Shown here: positions 18,929-28,594 of the stretch, one piece after another
Layout: the number at the start of each line of letters is the position of its first letter
Position numbering within the stretch: position 1 is the first letter of the stretch
Source: Escherichia phage KIT06
Sequence record: OQ349392.1
Length of the DNA: 64,000 nucleotides
Reading direction: 5' to 3' (one strand)
Made by a program: the position numbers and the translations under genes
The notes under the pieces: generated by a model
Seen by the model: only the letters and a program-made list of their open reading frames with translations
Databases searched by the model: none
What the model was told of the DNA's origin: nothing

Positions 18929-19938
18929 TGAAAACAGTAATGAAAAGCTATTTTGGTAGTCATCTTTATGGAACTTCTACTCCAGAATCTGATGTAGATT
19001 TTAAAGAAATCTTTGTTCCTCCTGCTCGTGATATTCTTATCGGAAATGTTAAAGAGCATATGAGTAAAAACACTAACAACACATCATCTAAAAACACTAA
19101 AGATGATATTGACCATGAACTATACAGTCTTAAGTATTTCTTTAAATTAGCAGCAGATGGTGAAACTGTAGCATTGGATATGCTCCACACTCCACCTGAA
19201 CTGGTAGTTAAATCTGATTTGCCTGATGTATGGAAGTTTATTCAAGACAATCGTTCTCGTTTTTATACAACTAACATGAAATCTTATTTAGGATATGTCC
19301 GCAAGCAAGCTTCTAAATATGGTGTCAAGGGTTCTCGTTTGGCCGCATTGCGTGATGTATTGAAAGTAGTTAATCAAATCCCTGAGCAATGGGTTGATTA
19401 CCAAGAAGACGGTTCCATTAAGCAGCGTCGAACTAAAGTTGAAGATATTAAGCATCGTCTTCCAGAGAACGAATTCTGTGAATGGGTATTCCATAATCAT
19501 GAGAAAACAGGCCCACAAACGTTCTACACTGTGTTGGGCCGTAAATATCAGACAACGCTTTCTCTTATCGAGCTTAAGCAGTCACTGAACAAATTAGATG
19601 CTGAATATGGCGAGCGCGCTCGTAAGGCTGAAGCTAATGAAGGTATTGACTGGAAAGCTCTGAGTCATGCTTGTCGTGGTGGACTCCAACTATTGGAAAT
19701 TTACAAAACTGGTGACTTAGTCTATCCACTTCAAGACGCTCCTTTTATTCTCGACGTGAAGTTGGGTAAACATCCATTTAAAACTGTTCAAGAGTTTTTG
19801 GAAGATGTGGTCGATCAAGTAGAAGCAGCATCCATTGAAGCTTCTAAGAACGGTATGCAGCAAAAAGTAGATATGAGTTTCTGGGATGACTTCCTTGAGA
19901 GGGTTTATCTTGAAAACCACCGAAGTTATTATAAATGA
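18925..19938 (+). CDS. hypothetical protein with nucleotidyltransferase-like motif
   Basis: 337 aa; N-terminal GSHLYGTSTPESDVDF fits the G-S...D-x-D pattern of pol-beta-type nucleotidyltransferases (tentative). Confidence 0.45.
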   Translation: MMKTVMKSYFGSHLYGTSTPESDVDFKEIFVPPARDILIGNVKEHMSKNTNNTSSKNTKDDIDHELYSLKYFFKLAADGETVALDMLHTPPELVVKSDLPDVWKFIQDNRSRFYTTNMKSYLGYVRKQASKYGVKGSRLAALRDVLKVVNQIPEQWVDYQEDGSIKQRRTKVEDIKHRLPENEFCEWVFHNHEKTGPQTFYTVLGRKYQTTLSLIELKQSLNKLDAEYGERARKAEANEGIDWKALSHACRGGLQLLEIYKTGDLVYPLQDAPFILDVKLGKHPFKTVQEFLEDVVDQVEAASIEASKNGMQQKVDMSFWDDFLERVYLENHRSYYK

Positions 19939-19940
19939 TA

Positions 19941-19964
19941 GGGAGCCTTCGGGCTCCCTTTTTT
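19941..19964 (+). terminator. rho-independent terminator (UUCG tetraloop)
   Basis: GGGAGCC-TTCG-GGCTCCC followed by TTTTTT. Confidence 0.8.
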
Positions 19965-19987
19965 GTTTAAATGACGTCACAAAGTTG

Positions 19988-20016
19988 TTTACAAGCATAA
20001 AGCTTTGTGGTACTAT
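19988..20016 (+). promoter_or_regulatory. T4-type early promoter
   Basis: TTTACA-N17-TACTAT. Confidence 0.7.
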
Positions 20017-20050
20017 ACAACTATCAACTGATGTGGATTTGGGGAATAAA

Positions 20051-20200
20051 ATGAAAACTACGTTAATTGAAGTAAAAAAGTTGATTGACACAGAAGAGAT
20101 TTCAGCTTATTTTGAAAATTTCTTAGAAGATGCAACTGAAGATAACGCGGTTTATCTCGCTCAGAAAATTATAGAAACATATTTGGAGCAGAATCAATGA
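20051..20200 (+). CDS. hypothetical small acidic protein (49 aa)
   Basis: ATG after GGGGAATAAA; upstream part of ORF 19886 overlaps the promoter. Confidence 0.45.
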   Translation: MKTTLIEVKKLIDTEEISAYFENFLEDATEDNAVYLAQKIIETYLEQNQ

Positions 20201-20460
20201 CAGTTTACGTAGATGTTTTAATGAATCATGGATGGAAACTTCGCGGTCATCCAACTAAAAATTGTCATATGTTCACTGATGGAGATATTGAAGAGCTTCA
20301 TGAAATGGCAGAAGCAATAGGAATGAAACGTTCTTGGTTTCAAGATAAACGCATTAAACATTATGACTTACACGCGCGGCGACGCCAAAAAGCCGTAGAA
20401 CTTGGAGCTGTAGAAGTATCTCGTCGCGAAGCAGTAAAAATTTGGCGAACATTAAAATAA
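20197..20460 (+). CDS. hypothetical basic protein
   Basis: 87 aa, ATGA overlap. Confidence 0.5.
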   Translation: MTVYVDVLMNHGWKLRGHPTKNCHMFTDGDIEELHEMAEAIGMKRSWFQDKRIKHYDLHARRRQKAVELGAVEVSRREAVKIWRTLK

Positions 20461-20464
20461 ATTG

Positions 20465-20493
20465 TTTACAGTAGGGTAGTAGTGTGATACTAT
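20465..20493 (+). promoter_or_regulatory. T4-type early promoter
   Basis: TTTACA-N17-TACTAT. Confidence 0.7.
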
Positions 20494-20529
20494 TACCCTA
20501 TCAAAACAAATGTGAAATTGGAGAATAAA

Positions 20530-21498
20530 ATGAAAACTGTAACTATCAATAAGGGTATCTACTTCGGTAAAGAAATCTCTGGAACTTTTGAGCTTTTAGG
20601 CGAATGGTTCCCAGATAATGCTCCGGTAGATGCACAAGGAGATGGTAAAGTTTTTGTTGAAATTGACGGTAAACGTCGCGGTGTTTGGGTTTACAAATCA
20701 GATATTTCATATGATGGTGTAAAAGTTGAAGAAGTTAAAGAATCATATGAAGATATGAAAACCCGCATTAATAAAAGATTTAATGTTATGGGAATGATGA
20801 CGAATGGTATTATTAACGGAAATATTCGTTCATTGATTATCTCTGGCGCAGCAGGTATTGGTAAAACGTATTCTTTAGATAAAGCTTTAAATAAAGCAAA
20901 TGATATTGGATACATTGAATATAAAAGCATTAATGGTAAAATCTCTGGTATTGGTCTTTATGAACAGCTTTGGAATAATCGTGAAGAGAATTCTGTCCTT
21001 TTGATTGATGATGTGGATGTTTTCTCTGATATGGACATTCTTAATCTTCTAAAAGCTGCTCTGGACACTGGAGAGACCCGTAAAGTCTGCTGGAGCACTG
21101 CATCTTCTTACTTAGAAGAAAAAGGCATTGACCGTGAGTTTGAATTTAAAGGAACGATTGTTTTTATCACAAACGTTGACATTGACCGCGAATTAGACCG
21201 TGGTACTAAACTTGCCCCACACTTACAAGCATTAGTGTCCCGCTCAGTTTATTTGGATTTGGGTGTTCACACTAATGAAGAAATTATGGTCAGGGTTGAA
21301 GATGTTATTCTTTCAACTGACATGATGCAAAAGCGCGGTCTTTCTGATGAAGAAACTTATAAAGCATTATCATGGATGAAAGTTAATGTTAATCGTTTAC
21401 GCAATGTTTCACTGCGTACTGCTCTTTATCTTGCTGACTTTATTATGACCGACAAAAACGGTTGGGAAGAAATTGCTGAGGTTACTCTTCTGAAATAA
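20530..21498 (+). CDS. AAA+ ATPase-like protein
   Basis: Walker A GAAGIGKT, Walker B LLIDDVD; ATG 20530 after GGAGAATAAA. Confidence 0.55.
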   Translation: MKTVTINKGIYFGKEISGTFELLGEWFPDNAPVDAQGDGKVFVEIDGKRRGVWVYKSDISYDGVKVEEVKESYEDMKTRINKRFNVMGMMTNGIINGNIRSLIISGAAGIGKTYSLDKALNKANDIGYIEYKSINGKISGIGLYEQLWNNREENSVLLIDDVDVFSDMDILNLLKAALDTGETRKVCWSTASSYLEEKGIDREFEFKGTIVFITNVDIDRELDRGTKLAPHLQALVSRSVYLDLGVHTNEEIMVRVEDVILSTDMMQKRGLSDEETYKALSWMKVNVNRLRNVSLRTALYLADFIMTDKNGWEEIAEVTLLK

Positions 21499-21599
21499 TT
21501 CATAAGAGGACTTCTATGACAAAAAGGCAGTTCAGAAATAGATTATATGGACTGCCATCAAAAAGATGACTAGAATTAAACTGGTGAATGGAGGTAGTG

Positions 21600-21902
21600 A
21601 TGTTATACTCAAAGGCTCGTGAAATTTACGAAACTAAGATTAAAGAAGCTGTATTTCAATTCGCAACGACAATGCGATGGACAAATGATTGGGAATATTC
21701 AAAAAATCATAAGAAGCCCTTGGTGACAAGAAAGGCTCATATGTTAGTGTTAATAGACCGTGAGCAGATTAAAGCCCGAGAAGCCCTCCAGAATCATAAA
21801 AAGGCTGCCTTTGAATGGTTTATGGATAACACTGCTCCTGAGACTAAGAAAGCAGTGAGCGCTTGGTTCAGTGGAAAAAATTGTGAAAGAAGTTTCTTTT
21901 AG
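21600..21902 (+). CDS. hypothetical protein
   Basis: ATG 21600 after GGAGG (alternative ATG 21588). Confidence 0.45.
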   Translation: MLYSKAREIYETKIKEAVFQFATTMRWTNDWEYSKNHKKPLVTRKAHMLVLIDREQIKAREALQNHKKAAFEWFMDNTAPETKKAVSAWFSGKNCERSFF

Positions 21903-21905
21903 TGG

Positions 21906-21934
21906 TTTACAAGACTGTTCCTCTGTGGTACTAT
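21906..21934 (+). promoter_or_regulatory. T4-type early promoter
   Basis: TTTACA-N17-TACTAT. Confidence 0.7.
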
Positions 21935-21962
21935 ACAACTATCAACTACGGAGGAACAGAAA

Positions 21963-22490
21963 ATGAACGCTAAAGATATTTTCAACTTGGTAAATTACAA
22001 TGATGGTAAATTTAAATCTGAAGCACAGAGTAAGTTCTTTAATGACATCTCAATCGGAGGTGAAATCACTGTTGATGGAGGACAAATTTACAAATCCCGT
22101 TGGAATTGGATCGTTATTATTGATGAGATTGGTATTGTAGAAATTTACAAGAATACGAATAAAAATCGTACATTACACTGGTCTCGTGATACTAACGAAC
22201 AGTACAAAAAGGATAAAGCATCTAAATTATCTCGTGTAACTCAAGAAGATATTGAGTTCATCAAGAAAGATATTTTAATGTATGATAACTTAATTGCTGA
22301 AGAGCAAGCTGTTATTGATAAATTTGATGAGATTAAAGCTTCTCGTGAAATTCCTGATTTTATGAAAGAATCAGTAAATGAACGATACACTCTCATTTCA
22401 GAGCGTATTGAAACTTACAAAAAGCAAAGAGCTGAACGCCAAAATACTCTTCGGAAGTTTGAAGAACGGTTAAAGACGGTACTCGCATAA
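21963..22490 (+). CDS. hypothetical protein (coiled-coil C-terminus)
   Basis: 175 aa after GGAGGAACAGAAAATG. Confidence 0.5.
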   Translation: MNAKDIFNLVNYNDGKFKSEAQSKFFNDISIGGEITVDGGQIYKSRWNWIVIIDEIGIVEIYKNTNKNRTLHWSRDTNEQYKKDKASKLSRVTQEDIEFIKKDILMYDNLIAEEQAVIDKFDEIKASREIPDFMKESVNERYTLISERIETYKKQRAERQNTLRKFEERLKTVLA

Positions 22491-22492
22491 CC

Positions 22493-22516
22493 GCTTTATA
22501 CCAAGGATGGTATAAT
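22493..22516 (+). promoter_or_regulatory. possible MotA-dependent middle promoter (imperfect MotA box)
   Basis: CGCTTTA, 12-bp spacer, TATAAT. Confidence 0.35.
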
Positions 22517-22545
22517 GGTTCTAAGCCCTTTTAATTGAGATTATT

Positions 22546-22953
22546 ATGAAACAGTTGATAATTAAAAGATTGAATTTATTGATATGTTGTTTATGTGTAG
22601 TAGTTGCATACGGTTATTATGCTATTAATGATTATATGCATTATAAAGATTATGATGTTACTGTAGTTAATACCATTACAGGAACACAAGGAAAAGGGTC
22701 TAGTTTATCGTTTATTGCCGTATATGAACTTAAAGACGGTTATAGATTTAGTGAATATATTTCCCCAGAGATGTATTCTTCAATAGAAAAAGGTGATAAT
22801 ATTACTGTAAGTTTACGTCCTTTCGACGTAAAACAGACACTGTTTGATAATATTGTTTGGTTCTTTGGGATGGTATTAGTTCAATCTGTGTGCGGTGCTT
22901 ATGTAGTCTGTTCCATCTTATTCTGTATATTTAGTAAAATTGAAATTGAGTGA
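22546..22953 (+). CDS. membrane protein
   Basis: 135 aa with N- and C-terminal hydrophobic helices. Confidence 0.5.
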   Translation: MKQLIIKRLNLLICCLCVVVAYGYYAINDYMHYKDYDVTVVNTITGTQGKGSSLSFIAVYELKDGYRFSEYISPEMYSSIEKGDNITVSLRPFDVKQTLFDNIVWFFGMVLVQSVCGAYVVCSILFCIFSKIEIE

Positions 22954-22960
22954 GGAAAAT

Positions 22961-23851
22961 ATGTCAGTAGTAATTAATAATGTCAATGCAGTAATTAAAT
23001 CTTTAGTTAATAAAAAAATGATGAATGAATGGACTGTATTTCGTCGTGGAGAGCCAGATAAATTTTTTCATAGATTTAACCCAACTTTGGATTTGAATGT
23101 TATCGACAAAGATGTTCATGCAGAAATTTTAGATAAGTTTAAAGTTGATATTGGATTTGGATTAGAAAAACATTTACAGCGAACAACCGGGTCTGGAATG
23201 AGTTTATCTAATCGCATTATGAAAGCCCTTAATAAAATTGGAGCGTTGTCTCGTATTAATGCGAGTGAAATTCTTCGTAATTATAATAAAGGATATGACC
23301 TTTATGGTCGACTAATGCCGAAATTATCATTCGATCAAATGATTGCGGATTTGTGGGAAAATCAACGACGATTATTAGCATTAGGCGCTCGATTAGCTAA
23401 AGGTCTAGATAAACAAATGATTTTTAAGACCAATAATACAGAAGACCTTAAATGCTTTAAATTTAGTATTCGTGGAGATGATTATTACATCAGAGCTCGC
23501 TCTACCGATTATATTAATATGGGACATCATCTCTGTTTAGCTTTTGAAGTTTTAAAAGAAGCTGGAACACTAGAATATTCATCTGGTGCAAAATGCCCTA
23601 TTGGTTCAAGTTGTATTTTAATTTATCGCCCGGATGAATCTAGTTCAACTAAATTGCCTACAAAACCTGTACCGGTTCGTAGTAACGAAAAACATTCTGA
23701 ACAAATTGATTATTTTAATAAGCAGATTGAAGAGCTGAATATTTCTATTCAACAATATGATGATGAAATTTTCAGACTATCTGGATTGAGTAGTAAAGCT
23801 AAATCTGAGCGTGAAAAGTTAATTAAAATTGTTGATTTACTTAAATCTTAA
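22961..23851 (+). CDS. hypothetical protein, C-terminal coiled coil (array member 1)
   Basis: ATG 22961 after GAGGAAAAT; C-terminal ~40 aa heptad-like. Confidence 0.5.
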   Translation: MSVVINNVNAVIKSLVNKKMMNEWTVFRRGEPDKFFHRFNPTLDLNVIDKDVHAEILDKFKVDIGFGLEKHLQRTTGSGMSLSNRIMKALNKIGALSRINASEILRNYNKGYDLYGRLMPKLSFDQMIADLWENQRRLLALGARLAKGLDKQMIFKTNNTEDLKCFKFSIRGDDYYIRARSTDYINMGHHLCLAFEVLKEAGTLEYSSGAKCPIGSSCILIYRPDESSSTKLPTKPVPVRSNEKHSEQIDYFNKQIEELNISIQQYDDEIFRLSGLSSKAKSEREKLIKIVDLLKS

Positions 23852-23859
23852 GGAACACC

Positions 23860-24888
23860 ATGAAAACTCGTTCTCAAATTGAAGATATGGTTCGTACTGC
23901 CAGTGATACTCGTAATGTTATGACATTTTTGTGTGAAAATAATTTAGACCCTGATAAAGTTAATCGTGTTATTCATCACTTTAAGTATACGAATAGCAGT
24001 GAATGGGTGCGTAATTTTAGTAAAGCGGGTTATATTACACAAATGACTGCTCGTGAGCAACTCACCGATTTCTGTAAAACTATTGATTATAAAAATCCTC
24101 TATTTGTTCAAGGCGTTGGTCAAAGTAAGGTCGATTTATCATCTGGATTTTTCAATCCAAATCATTATCGTATTGAATGGAGATTTATTGCTCTGTTCCG
24201 TAGACAATTAAAGCAAATTTTATCAACTGCGAGTCGATTAAAAGGTTCTGATATTAATTTAAAGAATCTGAAATTTGATGGTTATACTCTTCAGATGGAA
24301 GTAAGACCATTAAAAGAAAATAATAGAACTGCACGAATTAGCTTTAAACCTAATACAAAAAATTCTCTTTCAATTTGCGAATGCCTTAAATCGCAGTTGA
24401 CAGAAGCATTTAAGTATATGGATGTTGTTGCCGCTGTTCAGTCTAAGATTTTACCTCGTTTTGAGCGATTTAAATTAGACACAACAACATATGAACTTGA
24501 TATGATCGTTTCATTTAAATACGATTTTTTGAGAAAGGATGAAGTCACGCAAGAGAAAAAGCAAGAAGTGCAAGATAACTTAAATTTAAATTTATCCAAT
24601 TACTCATCAAACGACCCTAAATTTTGGATGTATAGCTCAAGCAATATAGATGCATGTAAACTTAATAAAGTGAGTTTTCTTCCTACTGAAAATTCAAATT
24701 TTAAACCTGTAGAAAAATGGCACGCTGACGCGATTGAGAAGTCTCTTGAGGCAGTAGATGATGAACTCGTTAAAGCGACCAATGAAGTGCTAGAAGCTGA
24801 AAAGGTGTTAGAACAAGCTCAGTCAAGGGTTCAAAATCTGACAAAGCAACGTTCTAAACTGAACAATGCACTAAATGCACTGAACTAG
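23860..24888 (+). CDS. hypothetical protein, C-terminal coiled coil (array member 2)
   Basis: 342 aa; C-terminus ...EAEKVLEQAQSRVQNLTKQRSKLNNALNALN. Confidence 0.5.
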   Translation: MKTRSQIEDMVRTASDTRNVMTFLCENNLDPDKVNRVIHHFKYTNSSEWVRNFSKAGYITQMTAREQLTDFCKTIDYKNPLFVQGVGQSKVDLSSGFFNPNHYRIEWRFIALFRRQLKQILSTASRLKGSDINLKNLKFDGYTLQMEVRPLKENNRTARISFKPNTKNSLSICECLKSQLTEAFKYMDVVAAVQSKILPRFERFKLDTTTYELDMIVSFKYDFLRKDEVTQEKKQEVQDNLNLNLSNYSSNDPKFWMYSSSNIDACKLNKVSFLPTENSNFKPVEKWHADAIEKSLEAVDDELVKATNEVLEAEKVLEQAQSRVQNLTKQRSKLNNALNALN

Positions 24889-24917
24889 TTTACTTTGCCA
24901 CAAGGATGTGGTATAAT
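24889..24917 (+). promoter_or_regulatory. T4-type early promoter
   Basis: TTTACT-N17-TATAAT overlapping upstream stop. Confidence 0.65.
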
Positions 24918-24945
24918 GTTCTTACTTTCTACTGAGGAGATTAAT

Positions 24946-25947
24946 ATGACTCGTAACGAATATATCAAATCATTCAATAGTGTTATTGATGATAAAGCTA
25001 TACCGATGTTTGGCCAAAATAGCGTTCTTTCTATTATCAATCAATGGCTCAATAGTGTTGATGCAGGTATTGTTTCTTCTACTAAATTTATTCATGAAAT
25101 TCGTAAAATTTCTAGTCGTGTAGATAAAGATGTTATCAAGAAAACCTTTAAAGAGTCTCGTCTTCTTTCATATTTGGTTAATCGGGATATTCTTGGTAAT
25201 TTTGGGAAAGAAATTAAACGAACCAAAGATGTAGTAGGATATAATTGGTTCGGTGATGTTAATTCTTATCATCTTAATAATAAAGAAGACCCTGAGAATA
25301 TTTTTACTCGTCGTTGGATTAGTAATTTCAGACTTTTCAAAGGACAGATTCTAAAATCAGCTTCTAAATTATGTTATGGCGATTATCGTCAAATTCATCC
25401 TTTGGCTTCTGATATGATTATCATAAAAGAATATGAACTTGATAAAAATAAAGTATCTATTTTTGTGAATTATGGATTTTTTACACCAGAAACTAACCAA
25501 AAGAATATTAATAAATTTTTCTCAATTGCTAGCACTATAACTCGTCAATTAGAAACCGCATTACTTTGTATGGAAACGGTAGAAAATATTCATACTTATC
25601 CTTTTAAGAATATGTGTGGTTGGGAAGGATATAAAATTATAATTAGCCTTCGTGAAGTGAAATGCGCTTATTCACCGACTGATAAAGAAATTTACCAACA
25701 AAAATGTGATGAAATTGTGAATACTCCTAAAGAAGAAACTACCCTTGAAGAACTAATGGATAATCTTGACGATTCGCCTGAACCGATAGAAATTCGTCCA
25801 GAAGTTATTGCACTAGAAAAAGCTTATAAAGAAGTTCTAGAAATTTCTAATAAAGCGCAGAAAGAATATGAGAAGGCTAAAAGGATTTGGGAAGAATCTG
25901 TTAATCGTCTGGATCGTCTTGAACAAGCTTTACAGCTAATTAAGTAA
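24946..25947 (+). CDS. hypothetical protein, C-terminal coiled coil (array member 3)
   Basis: ATG 24946 after GAGGAGATTAAT; C-terminus ...KAQKEYEKAKRIWEESVNRLDRLEQALQLIK. Confidence 0.5.
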   Translation: MTRNEYIKSFNSVIDDKAIPMFGQNSVLSIINQWLNSVDAGIVSSTKFIHEIRKISSRVDKDVIKKTFKESRLLSYLVNRDILGNFGKEIKRTKDVVGYNWFGDVNSYHLNNKEDPENIFTRRWISNFRLFKGQILKSASKLCYGDYRQIHPLASDMIIIKEYELDKNKVSIFVNYGFFTPETNQKNINKFFSIASTITRQLETALLCMETVENIHTYPFKNMCGWEGYKIIISLREVKCAYSPTDKEIYQQKCDEIVNTPKEETTLEELMDNLDDSPEPIEIRPEVIALEKAYKEVLEISNKAQKEYEKAKRIWEESVNRLDRLEQALQLIK

Positions 25948-25999
25948 TTTAAAGCCAAGGATGGCTCGGAGTATAAATCATTAACCAAATGAGAAGAAC

Positions 26000-26929
26000 A
26001 TGAAAACTCGTAAACATTATATTGATTATTTTGATAGTCTTATTACTAAACACCGTAATTATCAGATCGGACACAGAGCAGTAATCAATAATATTCTTCG
26101 TGATTTCCTTCAATATGTTGGCCAGGAAAATCATATCTGTAAAGATACACAGAACGCTTATTCTCATTCGTTGGGCAATTTGCTTCAATGGTTTAAACGT
26201 TCTCGTATGTTATCTTCTACTGTAGCTCGCGATAACATTAAAAACTTTATGAAGCCGAGTTTTATTAAATCTGCGACATCTATAACTGATTTGGTTGAAT
26301 TTACTATTGTTAACGATGTTAAAAAGACCCATTTGGCTGATTGGCTATCTACCATTCCTGAAACTAAATTTGCTGATAAATTTGCCTGTCAATTTAATGA
26401 CCAAGTGAATATGCTTTTTAAGCATGCTCGTAAACTATTTACCGCAGGCGATGACCGTACAAATACAGTTCATGTTAAGGACTGGGTTATTGCTGATGAA
26501 GTAACACACAAGCCAGGTGGTTCATCAGTATTAATTAATATCCAGGTTCCTTATTATTACTCACGTAATCTCGGCACCATGACAGCTAGAGAAATTAATA
26601 AGCACAACAAAACTATTCGTTCGTTGTCTTATAAACTCCGCATGATGCTAAAAATTATGGACGTAGTGGAAATGTATGACGAAACCGAAGATAACGGTTC
26701 AATGTTATACAGTTCACGCATTCTAATTAAACTGAAGAACCCTAATACATATAAGACAGTTGTAAAAGAGCCTAAAGTAGAAAAGATTGATAACTTGAGC
26801 GAAGAACGTGAATATCTCAATGCTCGCTTAATTGAAGTTGAATCCCAGATTGCCGAACACACCAAATTGTTAAAAGCTCTTAATGCAAAAGCAAATGGTT
26901 TACGCAATGCTATTGAGGTATTGAAATGA
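26000..26929 (+). CDS. hypothetical protein, C-terminal coiled coil (array member 4)
   Basis: 309 aa; C-terminus ...[42 protein letters not shown]. Confidence 0.5.
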   Translation: MKTRKHYIDYFDSLITKHRNYQIGHRAVINNILRDFLQYVGQENHICKDTQNAYSHSLGNLLQWFKRSRMLSSTVARDNIKNFMKPSFIKSATSITDLVEFTIVNDVKKTHLADWLSTIPETKFADKFACQFNDQVNMLFKHARKLFTAGDDRTNTVHVKDWVIADEVTHKPGGSSVLINIQVPYYYSRNLGTMTAREINKHNKTIRSLSYKLRMMLKIMDVVEMYDETEDNGSMLYSSRILIKLKNPNTYKTVVKEPKVEKIDNLSEEREYLNARLIEVESQIAEHTKLLKALNAKANGLRNAIEVLK

Positions 26930-27243
26930 AAAAGCGTCTATTAGAAGATATTGCAGCTTCAAGTAATTCCAGTCTAATTAAAATTATTATGGCTGGTGAA
27001 GAAGACGATCTGGAAATGCGTGGAAAGATTCATGGTTGCGATGATTTAGACTTTAAACCTCCAGCCTGGGATGCCATTATGGTTATGGTTGAACGCCGCG
27101 AAAGGGCTTCTAAGAATGTTCCGAACTGCCCAAAATGTGGTACTGAACAGGTTCAATTAATTCATTGGCAGACTAGTAATCTTCGTTATAAATGTCGTCA
27201 TTGCAAACACCGATTTAACCGAGAAGAAAATGACCAAGCGTAA
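26926..27243 (+). CDS. zinc-ribbon protein
   Basis: CPKCG...CRHCKH four-Cys motif. Confidence 0.5.
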   Translation: MKKRLLEDIAASSNSSLIKIIMAGEEDDLEMRGKIHGCDDLDFKPPAWDAIMVMVERRERASKNVPNCPKCGTEQVQLIHWQTSNLRYKCRHCKHRFNREENDQA

Positions 27244-27472
27244 AGAATATATGGAGATTGCTGAAAAGGCAGTCCGCGAATTAGCAATAGCTTATTATTA
27301 TGAACATGGTAAATTTCCTGATAGATACAGCGTGCTTAAATCTGCTTTAACTCGTTCATATAAAAATATGCTATCAGAAGTAAGTGATATTATATACAAA
27401 CATAAAGAACAAACAGGTCAAAGTCTTGATTACGACGAGACTTTTAAACAAGTACTAGGAATTAAGGAATAA
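27230..27472 (+). CDS. hypothetical protein
   Basis: 80-aa ORF. Confidence 0.45.
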   Translation: MTKRKEYMEIAEKAVRELAIAYYYEHGKFPDRYSVLKSALTRSYKNMLSEVSDIIYKHKEQTGQSLDYDETFKQVLGIKE

Positions 27473-27473
27473 T

Positions 27474-27737
27474 ATGTTTAAAGTATATGGTTATGATAGC
27501 AGCATCCATAAATGTGTGTATTGCGATAATGCAAAACGTCTTTTGACTGTGAAGAAACAGCCGTTTGAATTTATCAACATTATGCCGGAAAAAGGTGTTT
27601 TTGATGATGAGAAAATCGCTGAGCTTCTAACTAAACTGGGTCGTGATACTCAAATTGGTTTGACAATGCCACAAGTATTTGCTCCTGATGGAAGTCATAT
27701 TGGTGGATTTGACCAATTGCGGGAATACTTTAAATGA
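27474..27737 (+). CDS. nrdC: thioredoxin/glutaredoxin NrdC
   Basis: 87 aa MFKVYGYDSSIHKCVYCDNAKRLL... with CVYC redox motif. Confidence 0.92.
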   Translation: MFKVYGYDSSIHKCVYCDNAKRLLTVKKQPFEFINIMPEKGVFDDEKIAELLTKLGRDTQIGLTMPQVFAPDGSHIGGFDQLREYFK

Positions 27738-27949
27738 TGCTCGAAGGAACTGATTATATCCATGACTACCGCGGAAGCTCGGTATATGTAGGTGATGAGG
27801 TTGCAGTTTATTACGGGTATGGAACTTTGATGACAGCAAAGGTTATTCAAATTAAAAATAATCGTGCTAAACTCGAAGTTTATTATTCTAACGGTGAAAA
27901 GTCTATTTCTAAATGGAAATACGGCGATTGCATGGTCAAACTGGGGTAA
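27734..27949 (+). CDS. hypothetical protein
   Basis: 71 aa, ATGA overlap. Confidence 0.45.
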   Translation: MMLEGTDYIHDYRGSSVYVGDEVAVYYGYGTLMTAKVIQIKNNRAKLEVYYSNGEKSISKWKYGDCMVKLG

Positions 27950-27951
27950 AT

Positions 27952-28122
27952 ATGATTTACGATATTAGTGTATCAAGAACTCCGTCAATGGTTACTATTC
28001 CAGCCGAAGAATTAGATCGTCTTCAGAAAATTGAAGAGCTTCTTTGGGAAATTGAATCTGATTTGCCATCAGGATTAGAATCCTGGATTGATTATGAAGA
28101 ACTTAATAAATTGCGAAATTAA
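27952..28122 (+). CDS. hypothetical small protein (56 aa)
   Basis: ATG 27952 right after upstream stop. Confidence 0.4.
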   Translation: MIYDISVSRTPSMVTIPAEELDRLQKIEELLWEIESDLPSGLESWIDYEELNKLRN

Positions 28123-28133
28123 AGTGGTGAAAA

Positions 28134-28454
28134 ATGAATATTGAAAATAAATTAGATGTTGATGCAGTTCTGAGTGAAATCATCGAAGACCATGATGCAT
28201 TTTCAGAAAATTATGATTTCGATTTTTCGGATTATCTTAAACCTGTCGAAATAGAAGATTGGGTACAAGATGGCAAATGCCAATATCGGAAGTGCGTTTA
28301 TTTTAGTCCGAAACATAATGTACATGTTTCCGTAAATGAATCTCGCTCAGGTTCTTACCATTCTGACTGGTATTATGCAGTTCCAACTGTTGAACTAGTC
28401 GAGCCTCGTGAACGCGTAGTAACTCAGACAATACGAGAATGGATTACGCTATAA
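28134..28454 (+). CDS. hypothetical acidic protein
   Basis: 106-aa ORF. Confidence 0.5.
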   Translation: MNIENKLDVDAVLSEIIEDHDAFSENYDFDFSDYLKPVEIEDWVQDGKCQYRKCVYFSPKHNVHVSVNESRSGSYHSDWYYAVPTVELVEPRERVVTQTIREWITL

Positions 28455-28594
28455 AACCTTGGTGGGCGGCTAGATGGGAAACTGTAGAGCCAGAGCCGGA
28501 AGAACCGGTTTACACTGATGAAGAAACAGTATATAATGAACCTACGATAAATGACTTAATTGATATGGAGATGGGACATGATTACAGTAGATAA
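28439..28594 (+). CDS. hypothetical small acidic protein (51 aa)
   Basis: Not in the track; overlaps both neighbours. Confidence 0.3.
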   Translation: MDYAIKPWWAARWETVEPEPEEPVYTDEETVYNEPTINDLIDMEMGHDYSR

